A DNA stretch of 62,927 nucleotides, counting the filler, from Octopus bimaculoides (Eukaryota), in NCBI RefSeq assembly GCF_001194135.2. It is 6 parts of 6 records of this genome, joined end to end, with 100 filler letters (N's around TTAATTAATTAA, not from the genome) between each part and the next. Parts side by side here need not be neighbours in the genome. Positions count along the whole stretch, not along the records: positions 38,982 to 53,042 come from NC_069000.1; positions 53,143 to 61,277 come from NC_068992.1; positions 61,378 to 62,927 come from NC_069006.1; 3 more parts are not named here. One strand, 5' to 3'. Positions within the stretch are counted from its first letter, which is position 1, and every line of letters starts with the position of its first letter. Positions 52,529 through 62,927 of the stretch are shown piece after piece. The position numbers were made by a program, and so were the translations under genes. Under the pieces are notes generated by a model, which worked only from the letters and a program-made list of their open reading frames with translations, did not search any database and was not told where the DNA came from.

Positions 52529-53612
52529 AAAAAGAAAAACAAAACACATCAATAAACCATTTTAATCGAATGTGATTTCTGCATATATGATGAATGGAAT
52601 GCTGGTAAGTTATTTTTTAAAAAGAAAACCATTAATATATTTAACATCAAAGGCAATTTATAGAAAGAGGAGGTGAAAGAAATTAGCAGTAAACTAACAG
52701 TGGAGAAATATAGGCATGGAAATAGATACATTTAGTGGAAATGAAATGTAAGAAGACAGTTGAAGGTCGAATTTCATAGATTGGTAGAAATTACTTATAG
52801 GAACTAGAAATTTTTTGCCACTGTTTGCAACGATAAACGTGTTCTTTAAACGTGTTTACAAGAGAATTCTCTGAGAACAGGATGAAATACAATTCTTCAT
52901 TACAGAGCGGACAAAAAAGATTTACCTTTATCATATGAAAAGGATCAAGATAGAATATTCCATTCCAAATCAAATTTGATTTGGAATGGAATATTCTATA
53001 TATATATGTATATATAGAATATATATATATATACATATATATNNNNNNNNNNNNNNNNNNNNNNNNNNNNNNNNNNNNNNNNNNNNTTAATTAATTAANN
53101 NNNNNNNNNNNNNNNNNNNNNNNNNNNNNNNNNNNNNNNNNNTATATATATGACGTACACACGCATGCATATGTATGTATGTTTGTATGTATGTACGTAC
53201 GTATGGGTAGATAGATAATAATTTCCGTTTGAGGCAGATATGCAGATATGTGGCAAAAGTTTAAGTAGACAGTAAATAGAAGTGTAAAAAAAAAAGGGGG
53301 GTGGGCGGAAGCAGAAAGACAGAAAGAAGCTATAAAACGGAATTCGAAAATGAAAATGTCACCGAACACTCAGGAAACGATAAACGCTTTTTAAATAATA
53401 CTTTATTGTTATTGAAGTAGTATTTGTGGTTTGTACATCATCATTTACCACATAACTGTTGTGGGTTTGGTCTTATTTTTAGCAATTCTGCTTCTACCCA
53501 CATGGACTTTCTTACAGAATCTATGGTATAGATTTATTCTGTAGCGTATCGTAGTATCATAAACAAAATACTGTTTTCCTGTCTTTTTTTAAAATTTTTT
53601 TAGCTTTTCTGA

Positions 53613-53613
<1 letters not shown>

Positions 53614-53680
<67 letters not shown>

Positions 53681-53837
53681 TGTATTTGGTTTTCAACATT
53701 CTTAAAATGAAATCGTTTGTTCAAAACAGATTTGTGTTGTATCTTAGGAGGGTCATTATGTCAATAATAAACACACACTGGCTCCATTTCACTTCTTAAC
53801 ATGATTATTAATATCATCATCATCATCATCATCATCA

Positions 53838-53897
<60 letters not shown>
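53614..53897 (+). repeat. (ATT)n and (CAT)n(ATT)n tracts
   Basis: Directly visible. Confidence 0.95.
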
Positions 53898-53898
<1 letters not shown>

Positions 53899-54370
53899 AG
53901 CGACGAGTTGGTAGAATCGTTATCGCGACGGAGAATCGCCAAGCGGTATTTCGTCCATCTTTTCGTATTCGTGAGTTCAAATTTCTCTGACGTCAACTTC
54001 GCCTTTTATCCTTTCGAGGTCGATAAAGTAAAGTAGCAATCAAGTACTGATAGATAGATAGATTGATTGATAGAGATAGATAGATAGATAGATAGATATA
54101 CACACGCACGTGTGTGTGTGTGTGTGTGAACACAGACACTCACATTCTGTTGCACATGTATTATCATGATATACGACGGAGTCAGCAAAGCATCCGGTGA
54201 GTGAGTCAGTGAGTCTTCCTCGAAGTTTTGTCCACCTACACATACAATAAGCTTAACACACTTGTTAGACTAAGTCCACCACACATCTCTCAGTACTTCT
54301 AGTACGCCCACACTCCACTCACTTCCTAATACCACCAGTTCCTGGAATCCACCCAAACATCTCATTTATA

Positions 54371-55262
54371 TTAGGTTGTTTCACGTGAAATGTCGCATTT
54401 TTAATTATTTGTTATCTCAGTTATTTAAAAACTCAATCATGTATACCTTGCATTGAATCTTGGTTCTATTTCTTTCCCAACAATATTGGTATACAAAATT
54501 GGTACCCACAGACCTTATGAAAATGATAACAACCAAACTATGTTGAGTGATTTTTTTCGTATGAGTACAAACTGGGTCACTCTGCCGCAGAAGCTCTACG
54601 GAATATCAAGCGGGCCTTTGGTAATGGTTTTGTTAACATCAGAACTGCTCAGAGATGGTTCCAAAACAGGACAGTGATTAGATGCAGGAGAGTCATCTAA
54701 ACACTACCCAAAACACCATTGCACCCTAAAAAGTTAGTGGTCACTGTATGGTGGTCTACGAAGGGAATTATTCATTATTCATTTTTGCAACAAGAAAAAA
54801 CGGTAACAGCAACATCGTATTGCCAGGAAATTGATTGTATGCATGAGAATTTGAAAAAGAAGCAACCCAGACAAGTGAATAGAGATAGCCCAATTTTGCT
54901 CCACGACAATAGACGTCCTCACACTCCTCACGCTACGGTCCAAAAGTTGCAAAGCCAGAATTATGAAATTTTGCTACATCCTCCCTATTCCCCTGATATC
55001 TCTCCTACTGATTATTATTTAAACATTTTAAGCTTTTCATAAGGAAAAAAGACATTCTTAAATAGAGAAGGGGGTAATTGAAGCATTCGGACAGTTTATC
55101 ACAGCAAAAGATGAATTTCTTTTTAAAGATAGAATATATGACGTTGGATAAACGTCATAAATGAACATGGATCACACTTTGATTAAATAAATCAGTTCTC
55201 TAACACCTCTGAAACATTTTATTGTTACCTTTCAAATACGACATTTCATGGAAACAATCTAA
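54371..55262 (+). mobile_element. Mariner (D,D34D-type) relic with both TIRs
   Basis: TA|ttaggttgtttcacgtgaaatgtcgcattt and its imperfect inverse aaatacgacatttcatggaaacaatctaa; transposase ILLHDNRRPH..HPPYSPDISPTDY in ORF 54719..55042. Confidence 0.9.
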
Positions 55263-55467
55263 CGTATATGTGTTTATGTGTGTGGTGGGGGGTACATACA
55301 TTTTATCAATATATATTTTATTTGTATATATGTAATAAAAATGCCAAAACGAATTTCTGTGTGTCAGTGTGTCATACGTTGACCCCCCTCTCTCACTATT
55401 CAGTGACACTTCTGTTCCTCTTGCTGGGGTGGTAGTAATAGTATGAGTTGTAGTTGTGATAGAGGCG

Positions 55468-55620
55468 GATTAAGTCGATTACATCGACCTCAGTGCGTAA
55501 CTGGTACTTATTTAATCGACTCCGAAAGGATGAAAGGCAGAGTCGACCTCGGCGGAATTTGAACTCAGAACGTACGCTAAGCATTTTGCCCGGCGTGCTA
55601 ACGATTCTGCCAATTCGCTG
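55468..55620 (-). mobile_element. SINE family 3 copy, inverted relative to 56112
   Basis: Reverse complement of 56115-56275 with a ~17-bp deletion. Other copies at 53899-54046 (+), 30227-30375 (+), 8697-8915 (+) and 8535-8590 (-). Confidence 0.85.
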
Positions 55621-56111
55621 CATTCTTAACAGGGATTAATAGCGCTACTGCATACTTCTCTCCCTTAAGAAAAAAAAAATCAAAAGAGAAAAGAAAAGAA
55701 AAACTCAACAGTAACAGCAACAACAAAAATACAAGAACACCAACAAATATTCAATCTACTGAGATTCGCGACTGACACATGTTTGTCTTTTCCAAATCAG
55801 CCAATGATATTCTATTAATACAACGCAAGTTATTTCTAGTGTTTAGAGAGAGACTCATATATAATGACCTGTAATGTCAAAGGTTAAGATGGGTCAAGTA
55901 ACTTAGATAATTATATAGTTATTTCGTGAAGCAGTTCACAAAAAATCTATCGGCGAACTGTTAAACCAGTGCAGGAAAAGGGTGTTTATTTTGTTGATGG
56001 TTAAGATCCAACTCTTATTTGATTAAGTTGACATATAGTAAAAATACCTCAACCGTGCACTGTCTTTTGTTTTCTGATATATTATCTCTGCATTATTTAG
56101 AGTATCGAAAC

Positions 56112-56540
56112 CGCAACGAGTTCGCAGAATCGTTAGCCCGCCGGGCGAAATGCTTAGCGGTGTTTCGTCTGTCTTTACGTTCTGAGTTCAAATTCCGTCG
56201 AGGTCGACTTTGCCTTTCATCCTTTCGGAGTCGATAAATTAAGTACCAGTTACGTACTGGGGTCGATCTAATTGACTGGCTTTCTCCCCAAAAATTTCGG
56301 GCCTTGTGTCTAGAGTAGAAAAGAATCGTTAGTATGCCGGACAAAATACTTCGTGACATTTAATTCGTGTTTACGTTGTGAATTCAAATTCTTCCGATGT
56401 CGAATTTTTGTTGTTTTTTTTTTTGTTTTTGCCTTCCTTTCGAGGTCAATGAAGTAAGTACCAAATAAACACTGGGTTGATGTAATCGACTAGCCTCCCT
56501 TTCCACAAAATTTCGGGCCTTATTCTTTTAGTAGAAAGAA
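56112..56540 (+). mobile_element. SINE family 3, two head-to-tail copies
   Basis: agaatcgttag..gagttcaaattcc (B box)..gtcgataaattaagtaccag..tttcgggcctt..gtagaaaagaat, followed directly by a more diverged copy. Confidence 0.85.
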
Positions 56541-56550
56541 TTATCTAATG

Positions 56551-56841
56551 CAATGTTTCTCCGTCGGGATCCATTTAAGATCCCTTGGGGTCCATACAAG
56601 CAAAATAGTAAACTGGGGATCCACAGTAGTATAAAGGCCCCTGAAAAGATTTTGCTTTACATGTATTTATTGTGGGAAACAGATGGGTTTCTGCCTCTGA
56701 CGTTTTACGTAGTTCAGCTTAGACAAGTTAATATGTAATAAACAAAATAGGAATTTCGAAAGAAGTATCTATAAACTAGGTTTTTATACATCGAATTGCT
56801 ATTGGGGTTCACTGATTTTTTTTAATGGTTGAGAACCACTA
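56551..56841. mobile_element. Older hAT-like MITE
   Basis: caatgtttctc at the left end and ggttgagaaccacta at the right end, with internal ggggtcc motifs. No clear TSD. Confidence 0.5.
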
Positions 56842-57061
56842 GTATATATATTTTCTTCTCCTCACGCCTTTTGAATTTTTTGAACTTTCATACTCCGTAC
56901 GTCATTACTTTGCCTTTTTCTCTCCCCTTTTTCAATCATACCCGATTACAAATCTTTCCTTCTCCACCTTCACCACCGCATAAATAAATACCTTTCTACA
57001 CTTCCTTTCCGCTGGTTTTAGAGTGGCCATGATTGACCGCTAACTCCCCAATTTTTTTAAA

Positions 57062-57185
57062 ATTCTTTCTCTGTTTATTTCCTCGTGTTCCTTTCTGTTG
57101 AAGAGCGTAGGCTCGAAATGTAAAAGACTTTCTCACCTTCCCGAGTGTCAAACTAATACACCTGCTTCTTGTTTATAAACCTGAC
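57062..57185 (+). mobile_element. Third copy of the same ~130-bp repeat, sense to the GPCR
   Basis: gttcctttctgttgaagagcgtaggctcgaaatgtaaaagactttctcaccttcccgag..aaactaatacacctg is the reverse complement of the 38222 repeat. Confidence 0.8.
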
Positions 57186-57208
57186 TTCGTCTTTTGTTTT
57201 TCGGTAAA

Positions 57209-57283
<75 letters not shown>

Positions 57284-57394
57284 ATTTTCTAAATGAAGCG
57301 CTTCTGATTATTTTCCAACTATTTCTTATTACTTTCTAATTTTCTACATTTTGAGCAATTTTGATCAGTTCCTAACCGATTCTAACTATTTATT

Positions 57395-57420
57395 TTTCTC
57401 TTTTTTTTTTCTTCCTACAG
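57395..57420 (+). promoter_or_regulatory. 3' splice acceptor (phase-1 intron within TM4) of the GPCR exon
   Basis: Long polypyrimidine tract ending cttcctacAG at 57419-57420, exactly where GPCR-like sequence begins. The upstream in-frame translation is Phe-rich poly-T noise. Confidence 0.75.
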
Positions 57421-60400
57421 TTGTTTGGGTTGTATCCTGTTTACTAGCAGCGCCACCTCTCTTCGGATGGAGTAAGTATGGATACCTGAGGAACCAATCA
57501 TTTTGTTTCTGTGAATGGAAGACATCAACATCGTATACGTTCTTCATGATTGGAATGTGTTTTTGCGTTCCTTGTATCGTCATGTCGTTCTGTTACGTAC
57601 GGATTATCACCTCTGTTCGAAACAGCAATCGCAGATTAATGAGCCTCGATCAAAGACTTAGTGCCTCGTATGTCGATATGGAAAGCGAAAACCAAAAAGT
57701 TGAATCGCCTACGATTTTGCGTGACACAGCCTCTGAACCGGAAAGAATTAGAAACGGTACTCTTGTACATGTTGACCCCCTTTCTGTGAAAAAGTTAACT
57801 GATTATGCTACAACTCTGAGACAAAACTTAGCGCTTCAACAAAAACAAAACAACGCAAACAGCGAGTGTGGGTCCCCTGAATTCAGTGAAAGTGATAAAT
57901 GCCCCAGATGCCAAGATCCTAGCCTCCACCCAGTGAAGGAAGATTGCACTATCTACAGTGATTCCGATGACAATGTAAATATTACCACGCAGTTTACCAA
58001 TGGTATCCCTCTCACCAAGCGAAATATGTCTTGTGAAACAATTTTGAACGTTAGTTCCCCTGAAACACAGTCACCAAACAGCCAATCACCAACCGTTCAG
58101 TCACCAACACCCAAGTCACGAACCCTTCCAGCATCAATCAACCACATAGCTGAAACTCAATTCCCAACATCTCACTCATCATTTAATCATTCATCATCAG
58201 ATATACATTCACCAGTTATTCGGTCGTCTGCATCAAGCTCCCCGGTCGCTCGCTCACCTGAAACCAGCTGGCATCATACAGCAAGTGACGGTGTCTGTGA
58301 GAATGGAAGCATGGTCAACGTGAAGAGCGATGATGAAGTGAACGAGATAAAACCTCATCTCACTGAATCAGACACGGCAAGCCAGGAGAGTGTAACGATT
58401 CAGTCGAATGGGGACGTCGAAGAGCCTGTTACGTTTTCATTAGCTGGCAATGATGAGGTAAACTGTGAGAACGAGGACGGTGATAGTGAAGAATGTAATG
58501 AAAACCCAGGTGATAGCAGTCCAGATTCCTCAAGTGAGTTGATTAACGACAGGAGTAGTGTTACTGGTTGTACAGCGAAAACAACTAACCCGAAGAAAAT
58601 GGATGAGATGAAACGCAATTGTGACGGTGGAGAGCAATCGGAAACTGATGAACGTGAGAACTGCAAGGAGACAATTGATGACAGTTCAATGAACAGAAAT
58701 GACATGTCGTTCAGCCCACAAGATGGAACAGCTAGTTTAGATAAGAAGTGTACGTGCTGGTCAAAGGTGAATGACAGTGAAACGAGTAAGTCTTGTTCGT
58801 TCTTGAACAATTCATTCGATAACAAATTAGATTCGCCACCAGTCGACACAAAAAGACATGAAACGGTTACTGAGAGGCCAAACACAACCAAAAAAAGACA
58901 ATTAAGCGGAAGTAGATGCAATCTGAGGAAAATATTTTCTCTGCCTTCCATGAAGGTTCCATTAGAAAATAATACCCCTCGAAAACCGCCGTCTTTGGTC
59001 CCTATGAAACATATTAGAAACTCGGCAGAAGGTCGCAAGATGCGGGTGAAAATGTCGAACGTTACGAAATCTCGAAAATTTGTCAGAAACCAGAATAACA
59101 TTAAAAAGGCACTTTCATTGCCTCGTATGAGAATGTCNNNNNNNNNNNNNNNNNNNNNNNNNNNNNNNNNNNNNNNNNNNNNNNNNNNNNNNNNNNNNNN
59201 NNNNNNNNNNNNNNNNNNNNNNNNNNNNNNNNNNNNNNNNNNNNNNNNNNNNNNNNNNNNNNNNNNNNNNNNNNNNNNNNNNNNNNNNNNNNNNNNNNNN
59301 NNNNNNNNNNNNNNNNNNNNNNNNNNNNNNNNNNNNNNNNNNNNNNNNNNNNNNNNNNNNNNNNNNNNNNNNNNNNNNNNNNNNNNNNNNNNNNNNNNNN
59401 NNNNNNNNNNNNNNNNNNNNNNNNNNNNNNNNNNNNNNNNNNNNNNNNNNNNNNNNNNNNNNNNNNNNNNNNNNNNNNNNNNNNNNNNNNNNNNNNNNNN
59501 NNNNNNNNNNNNNNNNNNNNNNNNNNNNNNNNNNNNNNNNNNNNNNNNNNNNNNNNNNNNNNNNNNNNNNNNNNNNNNNNNNNNNNNNNNNNNNNNNNNN
59601 NNNNNNNNNNNNNNNNNNNNNNNNNNNNNNNNNNNNNNNNNNNNNNNNNNNNNNNNNNNNNNNNNNNNNNNNNNNNNNNNNNNNNNNNNNNNNNNNNNNN
59701 NNNNNNNNNNNNNNNNNNNNNNNNNNNNNNNNNNNNNNNNNNNNNNNNNNNNNNNNNNNNNNNNNNNNNNNNNNNNNNNNNNNNNNNNNNNNNNNNNNNN
59801 NNNNNNNNNNNNNNNNNNNNNNNNNNNNNNNNNNNNNNNNNNNNNNNNNNNNNNNNNNNNNNNNNNNNNNNNNNNNNNNNNNNNNNNNNNNNNNNNNNNN
59901 NNNNNNNNNNNNNNNNNNNNNNNNNNNNNNNNNNNNNNNNNNNNNNNNNNNNNNNNNNNNNNNNNNNNNNNNNNNNNNNNNNNNNNNNNNNNNNNNNNNN
60001 NNNNNNNNNNNNNNNNNNNNNNNNNNNNNNNNNNNNNNNNNNNNNNNNNNNNNNNNNNNNNNNNNNNNNNNNNNNNNNNNNNNNNNNNNNNNNNAGAAAC
60101 CAGAATAACATTAAAAAGGCACTTTCATTGCCTCGTATGAGAATGTCCGCGGAATCTTCGCGGAAGTCTTCTTCCAATGTGATTCCACTTCGTCATTTGC
60201 GAAGGAGACGCGAAGAGATCCGTATAACGTTTTCACTGTTAGTGGTCATTATTGTATTTTTCGTATCTTGGTTACCATTTTGCATTACGATGTTGTGTAG
60301 TTTATACTTGGAATATGAAGTACCCAGAGAAGCCGATATAGCATCGCTATTTTGTGGCTACGCCAACAGTTGCTTTAATCCATTGATATACGGCTTAATG

Positions 60401-60490
60401 AATAAGAGATTTAGTGACGCTTATAAAGACTTGTTCAAATTTTTGTTTTGTCGTAAATGTACTAAAAAAATAACAAAACACAAACAATAA
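57421..60490 (+). CDS. Final coding exon of a class A (rhodopsin-like) GPCR, TM4 to C-terminus (~685 aa once the false gap is collapsed); orphan, GPR84/moody/Tre1/melatonin-receptor-like signature; 5' exons (TM1-3) not found in the window
   Basis: TM4 VWVVSCLLAAPPLFGW; ECL2 Cys; TM5 VPCIVMSFCYVRII; TM6 IVFFVSWLPF (CWxP-like); TM7 YANSCFNPLIYG (NPxxY); helix 8 MNKRFSDAYKDLF; then Cys residues and stop at 60488-60490. ORFs 57351..59137 and 60128..60490 join in frame through a 53-bp duplicated overlap. Confidence 0.92.
59138..60094. other. Probable false (negative-length) assembly gap inside the GPCR exon
   Basis: 59085-59137 is identical to 60095-60147 (53 bp); collapsing the gap keeps the frame (PRMRM-SAESS). 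Confidence 0.88.
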
Positions 60491-61749
60491 AGGACAATGA
60501 GAATTTAGCAAATAAACAAACTAACTTTTAAAAAAAACGAAGAAATGGTGACCCAAAGAATATGAAAGAAATCAATTTTTCTTTCCGATTTCTTACATAA
60601 AATAGTTTCCATTTTTGTTGTCTCTCATTAATGACTTTCGTTCGATAAAAGGTGAAGACCAAACTGACAGTAGACAGACAGTCTGTAGTTGGTAGTACTC
60701 GCCATCTTAAGGCATGTCTTATAATGTTCTATAAAGAGGTGTCTTCTGCAAACACCAGTTTCTCGACGACGTATTATTATTATTTAAAATAATAATTATT
60801 AGTACTAAAAGTTTTTTTTTTGGTGATATCCAAAATTTAGTACTGCACCGATCAAAATAAAATCTACTTAAAGTTTGGCTTGACACTTTTGTTTTGGGAA
60901 TCTAAAGTATCTGAACCAGAAATGAAGAGCCATTATTTCAGTCAATTCTAGTCTCTTTTCTAATTAAAAAAAAAATCAAATCGAACAAAAAAAAAAGAAA
61001 ACAACCTTAAGCCAAAAGAAACAATTCTCATAAGGACGAGTAATAGGTTGATATATGAAATGAAATATGTGAAACTACAGTCGGATATTATTTTTTATCT
61101 TTTTTTTTCTTCTCTGAAAATAATGGAACAAGAGACTGTTGGTAATATGAAGAGAAATAAACTATTTCTACTTGTGATGTTGAACAGAGTTTCATAGTAA
61201 GCTCTCAACCAACATCATAGAGATTGTATTATTGAAACCCCTAATTTCTGCCATCATCCGAGTGATTAAGATGAAATNNNNNNNNNNNNNNNNNNNNNNN
61301 NNNNNNNNNNNNNNNNNNNNNTTAATTAATTAANNNNNNNNNNNNNNNNNNNNNNNNNNNNNNNNNNNNNNNNNNNNATATCAATCCCTTGTTTGAAGTT
61401 ATAAAGCGTTGTGTAATTTTATCTTTATTTGTCATTATACTGGGGCACCATGAATTTTTGTTGAATGAATTGACCCCTGCACTTCTTCTTTAATCCTGGT
61501 TCTTATTTCATCAGTCTCTTTTTCCAAACCACTACATTATGAGGATGCAAACACACCAATGCCGGTTAACAAACACTGGCTGTGTATATCAATTTTTTTC
61601 AATTTCTTTTTCCTCCAGCTTAAGGCTGTTTTTATTTTTATTTTACTTATTTATTTATTTATATTTTTTATTTATTTATCCAGCTTAACGCTGTTTTTTG
61701 CGCGGGGACATAGAAATAATCGGACTGAATACTCGATCGCGCGGTTAAA

Positions 61750-62030
61750 CCATTTGGAGGGAAGGACCCTAGCCCTTGTTAGGGCATCCTTCTAGGAGAA
61801 GGCAACTCAGGCAACTGGGATAACTCCGACATAAAACCTGCGGCTCAGTGGTTACCGATGATGTTGAATTGTTCTTCTTTTCGGGTTATGGCTACTGTTG
61901 CTAAGTGAGTGGGATTGACTCAGTGCACAGCCTTTCCTCACTTTAAAAAAAATCTTCTTGCACAGGCACTGCACGATAACAACATGGAGCTTCGTGCAAT
62001 GGCCATACTCGATAACGAGGGGGCAGCCAT
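61750..62030 (+). mobile_element. Possible RTE 5' UTR-like fragment
   Basis: CpG-rich segment with ggagaaggcaactc, reminiscent of RTE 5' ends. No coding support. Confidence 0.35.
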
Positions 62031-62927
62031 CATGCATGTATTTATGTACATATGTAAATATGTATGTATGTATGTATGTATATATGTATTTATGTACATA
62101 TGTATGTAAATATGTATGTATATATACATGTATGTATGTATATATACATGTATGTATATATACATGTATGTATGTATGTATAGGATTCCTATTGTAGGTT
62201 ATGATGACGTAGAAGAAATGAGATAAAACGAAAGGAGGGAACAAACGAAGAAAGAAAAGACGAATAGGTGCGCGCTTGTGTTTCGAACATTCATACACAC
62301 CTTTTCTCTCTTGAGAAAGTGACATTCCTTACCACCTTCTCTCACTCTCCTTCTCACTCTCTCTCTCCTTCTCACTCTCTCTCTCCTCTTTTCTTCACTT
62401 ATGTATTTATCTATCTTATTAACAAAATACACACACATGCACACACACACACATACACACACACACAAACTCGCATATCTACTATTTCAATAAAATGGCT
62501 TCCACTAACATTTTAAACATTTCCTTCATAAACATTTTTTTTATTTATTATTTATTTACATGTTTATTTATTCGTGAATATCCTTTACAAATATTTTCAA
62601 CTGATATATATACTTCAAAGACGAACGCCGCCTTTATTTAAATTTCTCGAAGAAAATTTTATATTTCATTTTTCTATTCCCTTTTAAGAAAAATAATATT
62701 TATACTTTCCTATTGCTTAAAAAGATCATAACTGAAGGAAACAGTATTTGTAAAGATACGAAAAGTATTTTTAATATATTTTCTCAACATGGAATGCTTT
62801 GAGCAGTTGAATTTTAATAGTAGACTCCTTGTCAGAGCACTATAAATTCGGATATATGTACACAAACATAAATACACACACACACACAGATAAAAGTGAA
62901 GATGTATGCATGTGCTTGTATATATAT

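Noticed and set aside
820-53369. Dozens of ORFs made of YI/CV/HT/ER/SL/poly-X repeats or spanning N runs
   Set aside because: They are translations of microsatellites and gaps, often open in several frames and on both strands, with no domain content.
57351-57420. N-terminal extension of the 929-aa ORF as a real start
   Set aside because: It translates a polypyrimidine tract ending in AG, and a receptor starting here would lack TM1-3; it is intron.
58400-59101. 233-aa minus-strand ORF
   Set aside because: Antisense shadow of the GPCR loop; no independent signature.
57421-60490. Opsin call based on PPLFGW
   Set aside because: The Schiff-base Lys position in TM7 is Tyr.

Overview
Eukaryotic, AT-rich, microsatellite-saturated draft-assembly DNA. 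The tRNA-derived SINE families, RTE, Penelope and mariner debris point to an octopus or other coleoid cephalopod (inference, not verified). About a fifth of the window is N, and five identical 100-bp artificial linkers (44N-TTAATTAATTAA-44N) join contigs at unknown distance. The only supported host gene is the large final coding exon (TM4-TM7 plus helix 8) of a class A GPCR at 57421-60490 (+). It has a ~530-aa third intracellular loop, and its 957-N gap is almost certainly false because the flanks overlap by 53 bp and collapse in frame. The rest is mobile DNA: a decayed Penelope-like element (RT + GIY-YIG) with a 1.25-kb inverted terminal arm and a nested Helitron-like insert, an RTE LINE plus fragments, two head-to-tail R4/Dong-like REL-endonuclease retroelements that abut (CATA)n, two mariner relics, hAT and pogo MITEs, and many SINEs. 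Best leads: (1) a canonical-core minimal hammerhead ribozyme and a family of variant-core hammerhead-like repeats, including a 460-bp retrozyme-like tandem and a sense copy just upstream of the GPCR exon; (2) apparent (CATA)n-targeted R4-like retrotransposition; (3) the giant-loop orphan GPCR; (4) foldback and hairpin elements. Almost all other ORFs in the track are microsatellite or N artefacts.
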